From the IMG/VR virus record IMGVR_UViG_2900588628_000001, positions 29,161 to 93,160 of that record: a DNA stretch of 64,000 nt. One strand, 5' to 3'. A program made the translations under genes and the position numbers. The notes below the pieces were generated by a model. The model ran no database searches. It was not told the DNA's origin and saw nothing but the letters and a program-made list of their open reading frames with translations. Shown in pieces: positions 39,129 through 48,641 of the stretch. The first letter of the stretch is position 1; every line of letters starts with the position of its first letter. The stretch is from a virus (taxonomy: Duplodnaviria; Caudoviricetes).

Positions 39129-40679
39129 GTTCGCCGGCGCGGCGTTTTGTGCGGCCTGTTGCTGCAATCTCTCCATCACGCGAGCGCGCGCGGCGGCCTT
39201 GTTGTCGGCACCCGCGCCGGTGTCAAAGTCCTCTGCGAGCGAGACGGTCGCGTTCTCCAGAAAAACGAATGAGCATGTGTCCCAAATGTCCGGCGAGGGG
39301 ATGCCCTCTTTGCGCATGTCGTCTTTCTTCGCGATCACGCGGCGGGCCTTTTCGTCATAGCTGTAGGGAATGCGTGAGCCCTGTTCCACGAGCTTTTTGA
39401 CGAACGACTTAGGCACGTCCGCAGAGATACCGAACCGACCTTCCTGCACCGCGCGCGAGAGGCCGCAGATAGCCTGCGCACGCTGGTTGAAATACCGTTC
39501 CTTGTATTCCGTGGCGAAGTTCGGCGCGCCCCAATTGACCTTTGTGTAGTTGGCGAAGCCGTCAAGGTCCAGTTGCTTGCACACGATCAGGCCCATACCG
39601 CCCGCGTCGATCAGTGCGTTCGAGTTCGGTCGCTCGCGCGATTCCGTGATTACATGGCCGTGCAGTTCGGCCGGATTGATGGTGTTCGAGTGCAGCGGCA
39701 CGGTCGTAAGCTGCGCACGGCGCGCGTCCGGGCCGTATTCGCCCTGGCCGTTGACCTTGAACGCAGGCATAACCGACCAGTCGCGATAGCCGCCACCTGC
39801 GACGTCGAGCGGCAGCAGCCAGCCGTAAGGCTCGCCCGGCTTGATGACTTCGAGCCCGTATGCCGCCTCGATAGCTTTCGGACCAAGTAGAAAGCGGCTG
39901 CTGTTCTCAGGGAACTCGCCGAGCACCTTGATCGAATATTCTTCTTCGGTGTACTGCTGCCGCTTTTCCAGAATGAACGCGGCCGACACAATCGGCGATT
40001 CCTCGCTGTTGAACACGAGGGCATTCCACACGCCGCCATGATCGCGGCTCAGTTTGTGGTGCGTGTCGTAGAAAAAGCCCGTCGGCCGGGTCGGCTGCGA
40101 CGCAATGGCAATGCGGTTGTTCGCGTCCGTGAGGGAGCCGGTGATAACGCCGAAATTCGAGTCGGGAATACCCGACGCCTCATCGCCTAGCCACAGCAGC
40201 CAGTCACGGTGCGCACCTGCGAGGTTTTCAGGGGAGCCACGCGGCGCGGTCTTTGCGATGACAAACCAGTTGAGCTTGAAGCCCTTCACATAGACGCGCT
40301 CAGACTCAATCTCGAAATACTCCCTGATCCACGACTGCGGGCCGTTCTGGATTTTGGTCGAGAGGTCGGCGAACTCTTTCCAGACACCATCCGATACGGT
40401 CGTGATCTTCGGCGCGGTGAGGATTGTGTTCGAGCAGAAGTAACAGAGCAGGTGCCACAGGGCGATGATGGCAAAGCCCGACGTCTTGCCCGTACCGTGG
40501 CCCGACGATACCGAGGTGCGCGAGCCCGGATCACTGACGCTCTGGAATAGCTCGATCTGCTGCCACGTCGGCACAAGCCCGCATACCTCGATAGCGAAGC
40601 GCACGCAATCGAACGCGTACCGCTCGACAAACGAGCGATAGCGGGCGTCCAGCGGCAGCGAGATACGGGTTTGCGCCAC
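39126..40679 (-). CDS. terminase large subunit (P1 PacB-like)
   Basis: Walker A SGHGTGKT, Walker B DEASG, nuclease LDVAGGG and SPDIWD. Confidence 0.92.
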   Translation of the reverse strand: MAQTRISLPLDARYRSFVERYAFDCVRFAIEVCGLVPTWQQIELFQSVSDPGSRTSVSSGHGTGKTSGFAIIALWHLLCYFCSNTILTAPKITTVSDGVWKEFADLSTKIQNGPQSWIREYFEIESERVYVKGFKLNWFVIAKTAPRGSPENLAGAHRDWLLWLGDEASGIPDSNFGVITGSLTDANNRIAIASQPTRPTGFFYDTHHKLSRDHGGVWNALVFNSEESPIVSAAFILEKRQQYTEEEYSIKVLGEFPENSSRFLLGPKAIEAAYGLEVIKPGEPYGWLLPLDVAGGGYRDWSVMPAFKVNGQGEYGPDARRAQLTTVPLHSNTINPAELHGHVITESRERPNSNALIDAGGMGLIVCKQLDLDGFANYTKVNWGAPNFATEYKERYFNQRAQAICGLSRAVQEGRFGISADVPKSFVKKLVEQGSRIPYSYDEKARRVIAKKDDMRKEGIPSPDIWDTCSFVFLENATVSLAEDFDTGAGADNKAAARARVMERLQQQAAQNAAPAN

Positions 40680-41519
40680 TTACTCGCCCTGCCCGTTCTG
40701 TTCGCCTAGCTGCAATTCCGCCTGCTTGCGGGCCTCTGCCTCTGCACGAGCACGCGCCGCCCGCTCGATACCCTGCCGGTACACCTCGTTCAATTCGTCG
40801 GTTGTGGCGGTCGTGACGGCCGTCGTGACCTGCGCATCAACCTGCTCGCGCCATCCGGCGATGTTCTTCAGTGCAAGGGTTGCGAGGCGCGACTCATATT
40901 GGCCGCCCAAACCGCCCTCTTGAAGCAATGCCGACTGCAAATCCCGGCTACGCGCGTAGGCGTAAGAAAATTCCGGGTGCTTGAGGGTCTTACCGTCCTT
41001 TTCGGTCGCTACAGACCAGTCGTGAAGGGTCTGCCGCGTGCCCCCGATTGAGTCGGCGAAACGTTCGAGCGTCGGGAAGCGATTGAGCACGGTTTCAGTG
41101 ACCGTCATCGGCTTGCCTTCCTTATCGGCCTTGGTCACCTCTACTGAGCGCTCGACGTCAATGCGAAAGAACGCAAGGATCATGTCTACGAACTCATCGC
41201 GGTAGACAGTCGGCCGCCCTACCAGTCGCTTGAGCACGCTGGCCGTTTCTTTCTTCTCTACGGGCGGCATGGGTGCGGGCGTGCCGGCTTTCAGCGGATT
41301 CGCTCCCTTACGCTGCGCCGGTGCCTTGGCGGCCTTCCTAGCCGGTGCCTGCTTCGCCGGTGCGGCCTTCTTTGCGGGCACCTTGCGCGCCGCCTGAGGC
41401 TTTGCCTTCCCCTTAGGCGCGGGCGCATCTTTGCCCGGCTGCTTGGCGGGTTGATTCTCAGGTTGATCGTTTGCGCTCTTACCTGCGCGCCGCCCACCCG
41501 GTGTCTTGCGAGTTGCCAT
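40680..41519 (-). CDS. terminase small subunit with Lys/Ala/Pro-rich N-terminus
   Basis: GRPTVY...PTLERFA...RQTLHDW...HPEFSYAY...LKNIAGWRE; immediately upstream of TerL. Confidence 0.8.
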   Translation of the reverse strand: MATRKTPGGRRAGKSANDQPENQPAKQPGKDAPAPKGKAKPQAARKVPAKKAAPAKQAPARKAAKAPAQRKGANPLKAGTPAPMPPVEKKETASVLKRLVGRPTVYRDEFVDMILAFFRIDVERSVEVTKADKEGKPMTVTETVLNRFPTLERFADSIGGTRQTLHDWSVATEKDGKTLKHPEFSYAYARSRDLQSALLQEGGLGGQYESRLATLALKNIAGWREQVDAQVTTAVTTATTDELNEVYRQGIERAARARAEAEARKQAELQLGEQNGQGE

Positions 41520-41546
41520 GTGTTTCCTTACGTGTGTGAGCGTGCG

Positions 41547-42254
41547 TTAGCCGTCGAGCCCTAGCTCTTGCTGGCTGTAGCGTTCGGTGAGGTATTCGAT
41601 CGGTTTGAGGCGGCCCGCGCGCAGTTCATCGAAATAGCTGTCGATGGCGCGATAGCGCATTACCTTCTGGCGAAGCGGAGCGACGGCCTGCGAGAGCTTT
41701 TCGGCGGCGATGACAAGTGCGGAACTGCCGCGTACTTCTTCGATGCCGTGCTTACGGGCGATGGCGAGTGCCTGCTCGACCTCATGCGCGGCTGTACTCA
41801 CGCGCTCGAAGTCCTCAGGCACCGGCTGCGTCTGACTGGTGTACTGGATCATCACCGTGGCGAACTGAGCAGCGAGCCCGCCCAATATCGACTCAGCACC
41901 GCGCATGAGTGCGTGCTGATGTGCGACGCGGCCGTCAAACTCCATGTGCGGCGAGAGCCCCAACAGGAAATCGCACGAGACGGCGTACACGTCGGATGCC
42001 TGCCGCAGGAACTGGTGATCGCGCGGCGTGGGCCGGTCACCCGACTCAATGAGGCTGATCTGCGTCGAGTTCTTGTAGCCAAAGCGTTCGGCCGCCTCTA
42101 CGGCGGTCATACCCGACATGACGCGCGCTACGATCAGATTGAAACGCAACGTCTCCAAGTCCTCAGGCTTGTTCTTGTTGCGCACGAAGCGCTTGAGAGC
42201 TTGCCGGACCTGCGCGTCGCGCTGCGCGTCCGTGACGGCTGTTTTGTTTTTCAT
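41547..42254 (-). CDS. Xre-HTH transcription factor; candidate late-gene activator
   Basis: GMTAVEAAERFGYKNSTQISLIESG...YAVSCDFLLG; occupies the position of P1 lpa upstream of the pac genes. Confidence 0.7.
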   Translation of the reverse strand: MKNKTAVTDAQRDAQVRQALKRFVRNKNKPEDLETLRFNLIVARVMSGMTAVEAAERFGYKNSTQISLIESGDRPTPRDHQFLRQASDVYAVSCDFLLGLSPHMEFDGRVAHQHALMRGAESILGGLAAQFATVMIQYTSQTQPVPEDFERVSTAAHEVEQALAIARKHGIEEVRGSSALVIAAEKLSQAVAPLRQKVMRYRAIDSYFDELRAGRLKPIEYLTERYSQQELGLDG

Positions 42255-42724
42255 CCGACGAACCCCAATATGCGGTCTACCCGCTCGTTGATAACCGCGT
42301 CCAACTGGGCGCGGGTGTAGGTCACGAGCACGTTTTGCAGCAGTACGTCGATTGCCTTGCTGTAAAGCTGCTCGAAGTCTTCTTCTGGCATCGAACCAAA
42401 CGCGATGCTTTTCGGTGTCACGCGCACGCTGCCGTTAAGCCGCGTGCTCACGTCGAAATAGCCAGCGAGAATCGTCACGTCGGCGCGGAACTGCTCGAAC
42501 GTCGATTGCACCTCGTACCCCTTGTGGAAGCGCGGCGGCGGCTCCCATGCCTCATAGCCGATCTGCAACAGGGCGAAGAACTTCCGATGGAAGCGCGGAT
42601 TGCGCACGCGCTTTAGATCGGAGCGGATGAGCTTGCCGACGGGCAGCTTGGCGGCGAGTTCGGCCTGTTCGGCATCGGCGGGCACGAAAGAGCCGTCCGG
42701 GCGCTTGATGAGCAGCACTTCCAC
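42251..42724 (-). CDS. DUF1367-family protein
   Basis: RNPRFHRKFFALL...PKSIAFGSM.EEDFEQLY. Confidence 0.85.
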   Translation of the reverse strand: MEVLLIKRPDGSFVPADAEQAELAAKLPVGKLIRSDLKRVRNPRFHRKFFALLQIGYEAWEPPPRFHKGYEVQSTFEQFRADVTILAGYFDVSTRLNGSVRVTPKSIAFGSMPEEDFEQLYSKAIDVLLQNVLVTYTRAQLDAVINERVDRILGFVG

Positions 42725-42727
42725 CCG

Positions 42728-43216
42728 TCACACCTCGCGAATGTCGATGCCGTGCACCGTTTTCATGAGGTGCTTGCGGTCGCGGTATGCGCGCGTCTGA
42801 AAACCCTTCGAGTCTTCGACAATGGTTTGGCCTGCCTCGCCATACACGCCCGTCTTCACGACGACATAGACGAAGTCAGCGAAGTAGCGCAGCGCGGGCT
42901 TTTTGCGCTTCTCGCCGATATCGACGGCGGGCGCGAGGACAAAGCGCACCTGGCATTGCAGTTCGGTGATTTCGCCCGCGTCCTGCGCGGCACTGAGCAG
43001 CACAAAGCGATCTGCCTCGCGCATGCTCGCGAAAGTGCGCTCACCGATGGTCACGCGCTTGTTGCGCATCTTTGACGGCTTGGCTTCCGGCGCGCCGCCC
43101 GGCTCGCGACCCTGTTTGCGTGCGAGATTCGCCTCTAATGCGCGGAACTCAGCTTCCGTGAGGCGCGCCCGGCGCGGGTTCTTCGCGCGCAGGCGGCGTT
43201 TATGGGAGGGATTCAT
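42728..43216 (-). CDS. DUF1064 PD-(D/E)xK nuclease-like protein
   Basis: SKMRNKRV...YFADFVY...VEDSKG; start ATG 43216. Confidence 0.85.
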   Translation of the reverse strand: MNPSHKRRLRAKNPRRARLTEAEFRALEANLARKQGREPGGAPEAKPSKMRNKRVTIGERTFASMREADRFVLLSAAQDAGEITELQCQVRFVLAPAVDIGEKRKKPALRYFADFVYVVVKTGVYGEAGQTIVEDSKGFQTRAYRDRKHLMKTVHGIDIREV

Positions 43217-43446
43217 GCGCGACGGCCTCTCTTGAACCAGTAAGTGCGGATGCCGACAAGCCATGCGCCGGTGTAGAACATCGACAGTGCGAACATGCCC
43301 CACTGCCCTGCCGTGAACGTGGCGTATAGCCAGCACGGCTGACCAATCAGGCCGATGACGCAAGCGGCGCGGCTCGCGCGCAGACTCCCCAGTTGCGTGA
43401 GCCATATCGCGAGCGCGCCGGACACGAGAATTACCGTTTGAATCAT
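43213..43446 (-). CDS. small 3-TM membrane protein (PnuC-like fragment)
   Basis: GLIGQPCWLY...QWGMF. Confidence 0.55.
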   Translation of the reverse strand: MIQTVILVSGALAIWLTQLGSLRASRAACVIGLIGQPCWLYATFTAGQWGMFALSMFYTGAWLVGIRTYWFKRGRRA

Positions 43447-43452
43447 GCGCAC

Positions 43453-43739
43453 ATAGACCCGTCTATTTCATGCGCGACATTATATAGACGCGTCTATATT
43501 CCGGGCCAAATTTTTTTAGCTAGGAGATCCGCCACAAAGGTGAGCTTTTCCGGGGCGTGCGCGTCGATCAGCGGCAAGAGGTCTACCAACGCGTCTTCCA
43601 GTTCCTGTATGCGTTTGCGGTCGGCGGCCACGGCCTGCGTGTTCATCCTGCGGTCATACGCGTACATCGTCTTTTCGAGCATGTCGATCCGGTGGCGCAG
43701 GATCGTTTCACGGCTCATCAAACCCATAGACATGTCTAT
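43453..43739. promoter_or_regulatory. three copies of the 14-bp operator palindrome
   Basis: ATAGACCCGTCTAT 43453, ATAGACGCGTCTAT 43484, ATAGACATGTCTAT 43726. Confidence 0.7.
43494..43733 (-). CDS. hypothetical protein
   Basis: 79 aa, bracketed by operator copies. Confidence 0.55.
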   Translation of the reverse strand: MSMGLMSRETILRHRIDMLEKTMYAYDRRMNTQAVAADRKRIQELEDALVDLLPLIDAHAPEKLTFVADLLAKKIWPGI

Positions 43740-44008
43740 TTTTTCCCTGTTTTTGCTTGGTGCTCGACACCGCGCTGATATTCGGCCTTGACCAGTTCGA
43801 TCACGAGCGCGAGCGATTCCTCGCCGCCCTCGCGCTTGCGGATGCGCTCATACTCGCGCCGCCGCTTTTCCTTAGGCAGATTCGCCAGCAAACGGATCTG
43901 ACAGCACCGGCAGAAGTTGCTATAGAAGCCCGAAAACGTCTCATCGAGCGGGCAGCGTGTCAGTGCATCCACCGGCGCGCCCCCAATGCGAGCAAGTCGT
44001 GCTCCCAC
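43736..44008 (-). CDS. hypothetical protein
   Basis: Cys-rich ORF in operon; start uncertain. Confidence 0.45.
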   Translation of the reverse strand: MGARLARIGGAPVDALTRCPLDETFSGFYSNFCRCCQIRLLANLPKEKRRREYERIRKREGGEESLALVIELVKAEYQRGVEHQAKTGKK

Positions 44009-44205
44009 GCATGAAACACCTCGCCCGACTCAAACGCGATTTCGTACACGCCGCCCAGTGACGGCACGCGCTCACCCGAGGGCAGGTACATGAAATCGGC
44101 GAGCGCGATCACTGTGCAGAGCTGGCCGATGAGCGACCACCCCTGCGGCGCGCGGCGCGGCCGGAAAATGAGCACGTCATCGACGGCATGGGTCCAGTAC
44201 GTCAC
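43960..44205 (-). CDS. small SH3-like-fold hypothetical protein
   Basis: Coupled ORF; resembles the neighbouring 44202..44477. Confidence 0.45.
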   Translation of the reverse strand: MTYWTHAVDDVLIFRPRRAPQGWSLIGQLCTVIALADFMYLPSGERVPSLGGVYEIAFESGEVFHAWEHDLLALGARRWMH

Positions 44206-44477
44206 GCGGTCACCTCATTGGGCCGGTGCACGTCGCGCATGCTGGCGTCCGTCGGCGGCGTCTCATCGCGGCGACGCAACTGGCTTTCGAGCGCGGAGCG
44301 GCGCGCGCAGTCTTCGAACTCAATGGCGTAGAACGTGCCTTGCTCAGGCTCCATCGTGTCCGGGTTGATGGATTGCGTGCGGTGCTCCATCACGAGGCAT
44401 TCCATGCCGTTGCGCTCAGGCTCGAAGCGGCCATGCTGAAAGATGAGGATTTCGCCGATGGCGTATTTATGGGACAT
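44202..44477 (-). CDS. small SH3-like-fold hypothetical protein
   Basis: KYAIGEILI...NGMECLV...ESQLRR. Confidence 0.55.
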   Translation of the reverse strand: MSHKYAIGEILIFQHGRFEPERNGMECLVMEHRTQSINPDTMEPEQGTFYAIEFEDCARRSALESQLRRRDETPPTDASMRDVHRPNEVTA

Positions 44478-44485
44478 GGTGAGAG

Positions 44486-45595
44486 TTATTGTGCGTGGAG
44501 GTGCGCGGCGCAGGCGTTCGCGTCGCTGTAATACGGGAATTTCGAGTCGATGCGCACGGCGGGCGTGTCACAGTGCGCGCACGTCTCGACATGCTTGCCT
44601 TGTGCGCGGGCATCCGCGAGCAGCATCGGGTCGCAGAATGTCCAGTCCGCGTTAGGGACGTAGCACTCATCGGCCTGCATCGCGCGAAAGCCTTGCTGCA
44701 CGCGCGGCGCGCCGTAGTAATCGCCGCGCGCGAGCGTGTTGACGGCGTTCTGCAACAGGCGAACAGCCGCGGCGTCGCACGGTGCCGCATACGAGCCGAG
44801 AAAGGCGCACGCGCGCGGCTTTTCGTCCTCAGTCCAGTGCCCCTCGTAATCGTCCAGGCGAACGACGGTGCCGACCGGCAGACGCTGACAATAAATCTCA
44901 CCTTTGCGCGTGCGCACGTTGAGCGTGCTGAAACCGTCGGTGAGCGCAACGAGGTACACGAAGCCCGTCGTATCGACGTGCTCGCCAACGTGACGACCCC
45001 ACCCGTATAGCTCGACCTGCTGCGTGTTGAGCGTGCCAACGACAACGTCGCCCTCGATGCGATCCTCGCTCGTGTCCGCCACGTAAGCCGCCGCCAGCGC
45101 CTCGATGACGACCCGATGGCCCGCGACGCTTTGCGCGACGTCGATGCGGCCGACGACCTGCAGGGGCTTCGCCTCAGGTATCGCTATGCCCGCGCGCGTG
45201 ACGTACTCGACACAGTCGGCGCGCGACATGCCGCGATCAGCGAGGTTCGCATACACCGCGAAACCGTTGTACGCGTTCATGTACGCGTCATAGCGGCCTT
45301 GTTCCTCTACGGGCACCCCAATGACATGCGCGTCCGTTTCGAGCCGGTACAGGCCCGTCTGATCGACGGCCGCCAGCGGTTCGGTGATCGCGGCGGCCGG
45401 GTCATCGAGCAGCACGACGGGCACAGTGAGCCATTCCATTGCGGCGCGCAGCCAGTCGGTGTCGATATCGGCGCGCAGCGCGACGACAACGAGCGGCAGA
45501 GTGTTCGCGTCGTGCTCGTTTTCGCGGATGGCGAGCTTCGTGGCGGCAAGCGATGCCGGGTCATTGGTGAGCCAGCAAACGATACGTCGAGTCAT
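44486..45595 (-). CDS. fusion: degenerate PAPS-reductase-like N-terminus plus 2OG-Fe(II)-dioxygenase-like domain and Zn ribbon
   Basis: RRIVCWL...ASLAATKLAI; HVD...GHW...KPR; C-terminal CAHC...CAAH. Confidence 0.55.
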   Translation of the reverse strand: MTRRIVCWLTNDPASLAATKLAIRENEHDANTLPLVVVALRADIDTDWLRAAMEWLTVPVVLLDDPAAAITEPLAAVDQTGLYRLETDAHVIGVPVEEQGRYDAYMNAYNGFAVYANLADRGMSRADCVEYVTRAGIAIPEAKPLQVVGRIDVAQSVAGHRVVIEALAAAYVADTSEDRIEGDVVVGTLNTQQVELYGWGRHVGEHVDTTGFVYLVALTDGFSTLNVRTRKGEIYCQRLPVGTVVRLDDYEGHWTEDEKPRACAFLGSYAAPCDAAAVRLLQNAVNTLARGDYYGAPRVQQGFRAMQADECYVPNADWTFCDPMLLADARAQGKHVETCAHCDTPAVRIDSKFPYYSDANACAAHLHAQ

Positions 45596-46611
45596 TGCGG
45601 GGAGTCTCCGTTAAGGTGCTTGGGAACGCTGTTGCGCTTGGCTAGATCGCGCAGCGCGGCGCGGGCTTCTTCTGGCATGGCCTTGCGCATCGCCGCCGCT
45701 TCCGGCGCGGGCACAGGGTCCATAGGGGTTACGGGTTTGGCGCGAGGCGTCGGCGGCTTGCCGCCGTTGTCTATCGCGGCTTGAATGCGCGCCTGATACG
45801 AGGCATCGCTTTCACCCGGAATCGGATCGCCAACGCCGACTTCGTGCGCCTTGGCTTTGCGCGACTCAGGCGACAACCACCACCCGCCGCCGCCCTTCTT
45901 GCCGGTTGCCGCGCGCATCGGCCCGGCGTTGCGAATCCAGTTGCGCCACGTCGCGGGCCAGTCGTGTTTCGTCGCGTCCTTGCCCGACTTGGCGGCCCAG
46001 TAATCGCGGAACTTCTCTGCCTCGAAAAGCGTGTGCTGGATCGACCACGCGCCGCCAGCCCATTCGGTGAGCTTTTCGGCATACGTGACGGTCACGGCTA
46101 CCGTGCGTTCGAGGGCTTCTTTGGACAGTTCCCAGTCGTTCGGCAGGCGCGTAGCGCGTGCTCTATCTGGTTTTCCATCTGGTTTACCATCTGCCCTATA
46201 TAGGGAGTCGGCGGTATCGCCCTTTGCATTTGGCAATTTCGCCGAATGGACATTCCCGGTATCGCCATTTCCATTTGGCGAATCTGCGAAATGCTTGCCG
46301 TCGGGCACGAACGCGGTTTCGTCGGCGAACGCGTACCACAGCGTGCGGTCGGTTTTCTGCTCGTTGTAGTTGCCCTTGATGAGCACGCCTTGCTTGATGA
46401 GGCTATCGAGCGTGCGGCGGATGCGATCTTTCGAGAGGTACGGAAACAGTTCGGCGAACGCGGCGACCGAGTTATACGACCACACGCGATCATCCCGAAC
46501 GTTCTCACCGTTCGCGCGGTTGCGCGCGATCCAGAAAGTGAAGTTGTGAATCATCACCGCTTCCTCAAGCCCATAGAGGCGCGCGTGATCCGTGTCGAAC
46601 ATGTGATGCAC
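45592..46611 (-). CDS. lambda O-like phage replication initiator (wHTH plus DnaT-like C-domain)
   Basis: WSYNS...FPYLSKDRIRRTLDSLIKQGVL...DRTLWY; RLPNDW...FRDYW...DWPATWRNW. Confidence 0.8.
   Translation of the reverse strand: MHHMFDTDHARLYGLEEAVMIHNFTFWIARNRANGENVRDDRVWSYNSVAAFAELFPYLSKDRIRRTLDSLIKQGVLIKGNYNEQKTDRTLWYAFADETAFVPDGKHFADSPNGNGDTGNVHSAKLPNAKGDTADSLYRADGKPDGKPDRARATRLPNDWELSKEALERTVAVTVTYAEKLTEWAGGAWSIQHTLFEAEKFRDYWAAKSGKDATKHDWPATWRNWIRNAGPMRAATGKKGGGGWWLSPESRKAKAHEVGVGDPIPGESDASYQARIQAAIDNGGKPPTPRAKPVTPMDPVPAPEAAAMRKAMPEEARAALRDLAKRNSVPKHLNGDSPQ
46165..46293. repeat. intragenic direct repeats, candidate lytic origin
   Basis: Two degenerate 36-mers starting GGTATCGCC at 46213 and 46258 (45-bp period), plus 12-bp ATCTGGTTT(T/A)CC repeats. 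Confidence 0.55.
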
Positions 46612-47213
46612 TACCTACTCCCAAACGGACGTGACTGCAGCTTGCTTGCCGACACGAGCTTGCGGCCTTTCGGCCAGCGGTTTGCGCTCTGCGTGGTCGG
46701 CTTTTCCTTACTGGGCTTTGCCGCTACAATCGCGTTGTTGAACACAGCATTCCTTACCTTCGGAAAGCCGCGACCTGCGCCAACAGGCTCGCGGCTTCGT
46801 TCTTCATGCGGCGTGACTTTCTTCGTGCTCACGCGTGCCGCCAGCGGCGTGACCTTCTTCTGGATCGGCTTGTGTGCCGTCACCGGCTTTGCCGCCAGAA
46901 ACTCATCCGACGGCCACAATCCCTTACGCCTGAGCATCACCTCGCACGCGGCCATCGCGGTCGCAAAGCGCGTCATCACGAAATCGCGCGACAGGTGCGC
47001 GGGCAAGCGGTCCTGCCCGTCGAGCACCTTGTGACACGCGTAGCAGGCGTAGCAGCCCAGGTGATCGACGCGCGCGAGTTTCTTGCCCTTTGCCTTGCCG
47101 CCGTCGTGCCAGTTCGAGTGCGCCCAAACGGTTGTCTCCCAGTCCCAATTGCAGACGAGAGGGAAATTCAGGGTGCACGCTTCCCCGCGTGCCGATTCTG
47201 TGATTCGGCTCAC
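46611..47213 (-). CDS. DUF1364/YbcO-like His-Me nuclease
   Basis: SARGEACTL...C...ETTVWAH...CYACYACHKVLDG. Confidence 0.8.
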   Translation of the reverse strand: MSRITESARGEACTLNFPLVCNWDWETTVWAHSNWHDGGKAKGKKLARVDHLGCYACYACHKVLDGQDRLPAHLSRDFVMTRFATAMAACEVMLRRKGLWPSDEFLAAKPVTAHKPIQKKVTPLAARVSTKKVTPHEERSREPVGAGRGFPKVRNAVFNNAIVAAKPSKEKPTTQSANRWPKGRKLVSASKLQSRPFGSR

Positions 47214-47243
47214 GTCAGTGTTCTCAGGTGATGGGATTGGGTA

Positions 47244-47435
47244 CTACTGGGCGGCTTGCTGCTGCTTTTGCTTCTGCTTGCGGCAGCGTTCGCACATTCC
47301 GTAGCGCTGCAACTGGATAGAGGTCACGACCTTGTTACAGGGCGCAGGACACCGCTTGCGAACATGAGACAACTGCAAAGCCTTTGCAGTCGTCTCGCGG
47401 AACTTCGCAATCGCGTTCGGATCGGCGACGTTCAT
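47244..47435 (-). CDS. small Zn-binding protein
   Basis: CPAPC...CERC. Confidence 0.55.
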   Translation of the reverse strand: MNVADPNAIAKFRETTAKALQLSHVRKRCPAPCNKVVTSIQLQRYGMCERCRKQKQKQQQAAQ

Positions 47436-47444
47436 TCGGGCGTG

Positions 47445-47714
47445 TTACTGGATTGCAAGGGCGGTTTGATGCGTGATGCGCTCATCGCCTGCGATGCCGT
47501 AGTGATGCAGCAGTGCGACAGCGCCGTCCGGCGTCACGAGCACCTCAGGCAGGCCGTCGTCAGTCTCGACAACGGCGAACGTGTTTGCGTGCTGCGCGGT
47601 CGGCATGCCATCGGCGTCGATGATGCCGTCGGCCGCCATGCGCTCGCGCAGGTCGGCGCGGCCGAGGAAGTTGCTCACGTAGTCGATGGTGAAATGCCCG
47701 TCTACGTTGGTCAT
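47445..47714 (-). CDS. small protein resembling the antirepressor KilA-C/ANT domain
   Basis: GII...GMPTAQH...F.V......LVTPDG; weak similarity; start ATG 47714 assumed. Confidence 0.4.
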   Translation of the reverse strand: MTNVDGHFTIDYVSNFLGRADLRERMAADGIIDADGMPTAQHANTFAVVETDDGLPEVLVTPDGAVALLHHYGIAGDERITHQTALAIQ

Positions 47715-47859
47715 TTGCTCGCGGCGGCGAGCGAAGCGGTTGTTACAGGAAACTGCGGTTGTTATGTCGTTGTTCACAATGGTCCCGGCCAAAAGAAAAT
47801 GAATCTGTTGCATGCTCTCTTTACAACGCAAATCGAACCCCGGCGAAGCGGTCACGGCT

Positions 47860-48363
47860 CTAGGCCGCTTCGCGATAGTGGTTACCTTCTTTTATGCGAC
47901 GGCTGACCTCGTTACCGGCCGCCATCAATTCACCCTGCCCGGCGATTTCCACCTGGGCGGTGTGTACGTCATACGCGCGGCGCAGCGCTTGCAGCCCCGG
48001 CGCGTCAAAACCCAGTTTTCCGGTGCGCTTGAACCGCAACTGCAGGCGGAACAGCGCATCGAGCGCGGCAATAATGTCGGCCTCGTATTCCGGGCCAAAC
48101 CCGCGCTCTGTCAACACGAGTGACGTGTTGCACATGCACGCCAGCGTTTCGGCGTGCGAAATCTCGCCCTTCCCTTTGGAAATGGCATCAATGCTCGAAC
48201 CGAACGCAATCGCGACGTCGCGCTGATCGGCGGCTTCGAGCGGCTTGTAAAAGTTGGTGAGCACTTCGCCAATGACGTGCGACCTGTTCAACGTCTGGAG
48301 CGCGGAAAGCGGGTCCAGCGGTTTAGGCCTGTACTTGCGGCGAGGCTTTTTGGATGCGGGCAT
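47860..48363 (-). CDS. hypothetical early protein
   Basis: GAGG RBS; KKPRRKYRPKP N-terminus. Confidence 0.7.
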   Translation of the reverse strand: MPASKKPRRKYRPKPLDPLSALQTLNRSHVIGEVLTNFYKPLEAADQRDVAIAFGSSIDAISKGKGEISHAETLACMCNTSLVLTERGFGPEYEADIIAALDALFRLQLRFKRTGKLGFDAPGLQALRRAYDVHTAQVEIAGQGELMAAGNEVSRRIKEGNHYREAA

Positions 48364-48375
48364 CGGGCGGACCTC

Positions 48376-48591
48376 TTACGATGCCTGCGGAGCAGCGGCG
48401 AGTTTCTTCGCGTACTTGCGCTTGAGCTTGGTGATGCCCGCGACGACCGCCGCGCTCGTGCGCGGCTTCTTTGCGGGATTGTTCTGCAGGTGCGATACGT
48501 GCCCCTGCGAGCAGCCAATGGCGTCGGCTATCTGCTGCTGCGTGAGCCCCGCCAGCGAGCGCAGGGCGGCGATATCTTGTGCTATCTGCAT
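48376..48591 (-). CDS. cro: Cro-like Xre-HTH protein
   Basis: GLTQQQIADAIGCSQGHVSHL; divergent from the repressor. Confidence 0.85.
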   Translation of the reverse strand: MQIAQDIAALRSLAGLTQQQIADAIGCSQGHVSHLQNNPAKKPRTSAAVVAGITKLKRKYAKKLAAAPQAS

Positions 48592-48641
48592 TTTTTACCT
48601 GTTGTTGTCCGAACGAGACGACCTTACATACAGCGGTGCAG

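Noticed and set aside
40680-41519. P1-style pac site (clustered TGATCA/G Dam hexamers) in terS
   Set aside because: No such cluster is visible in the gene.
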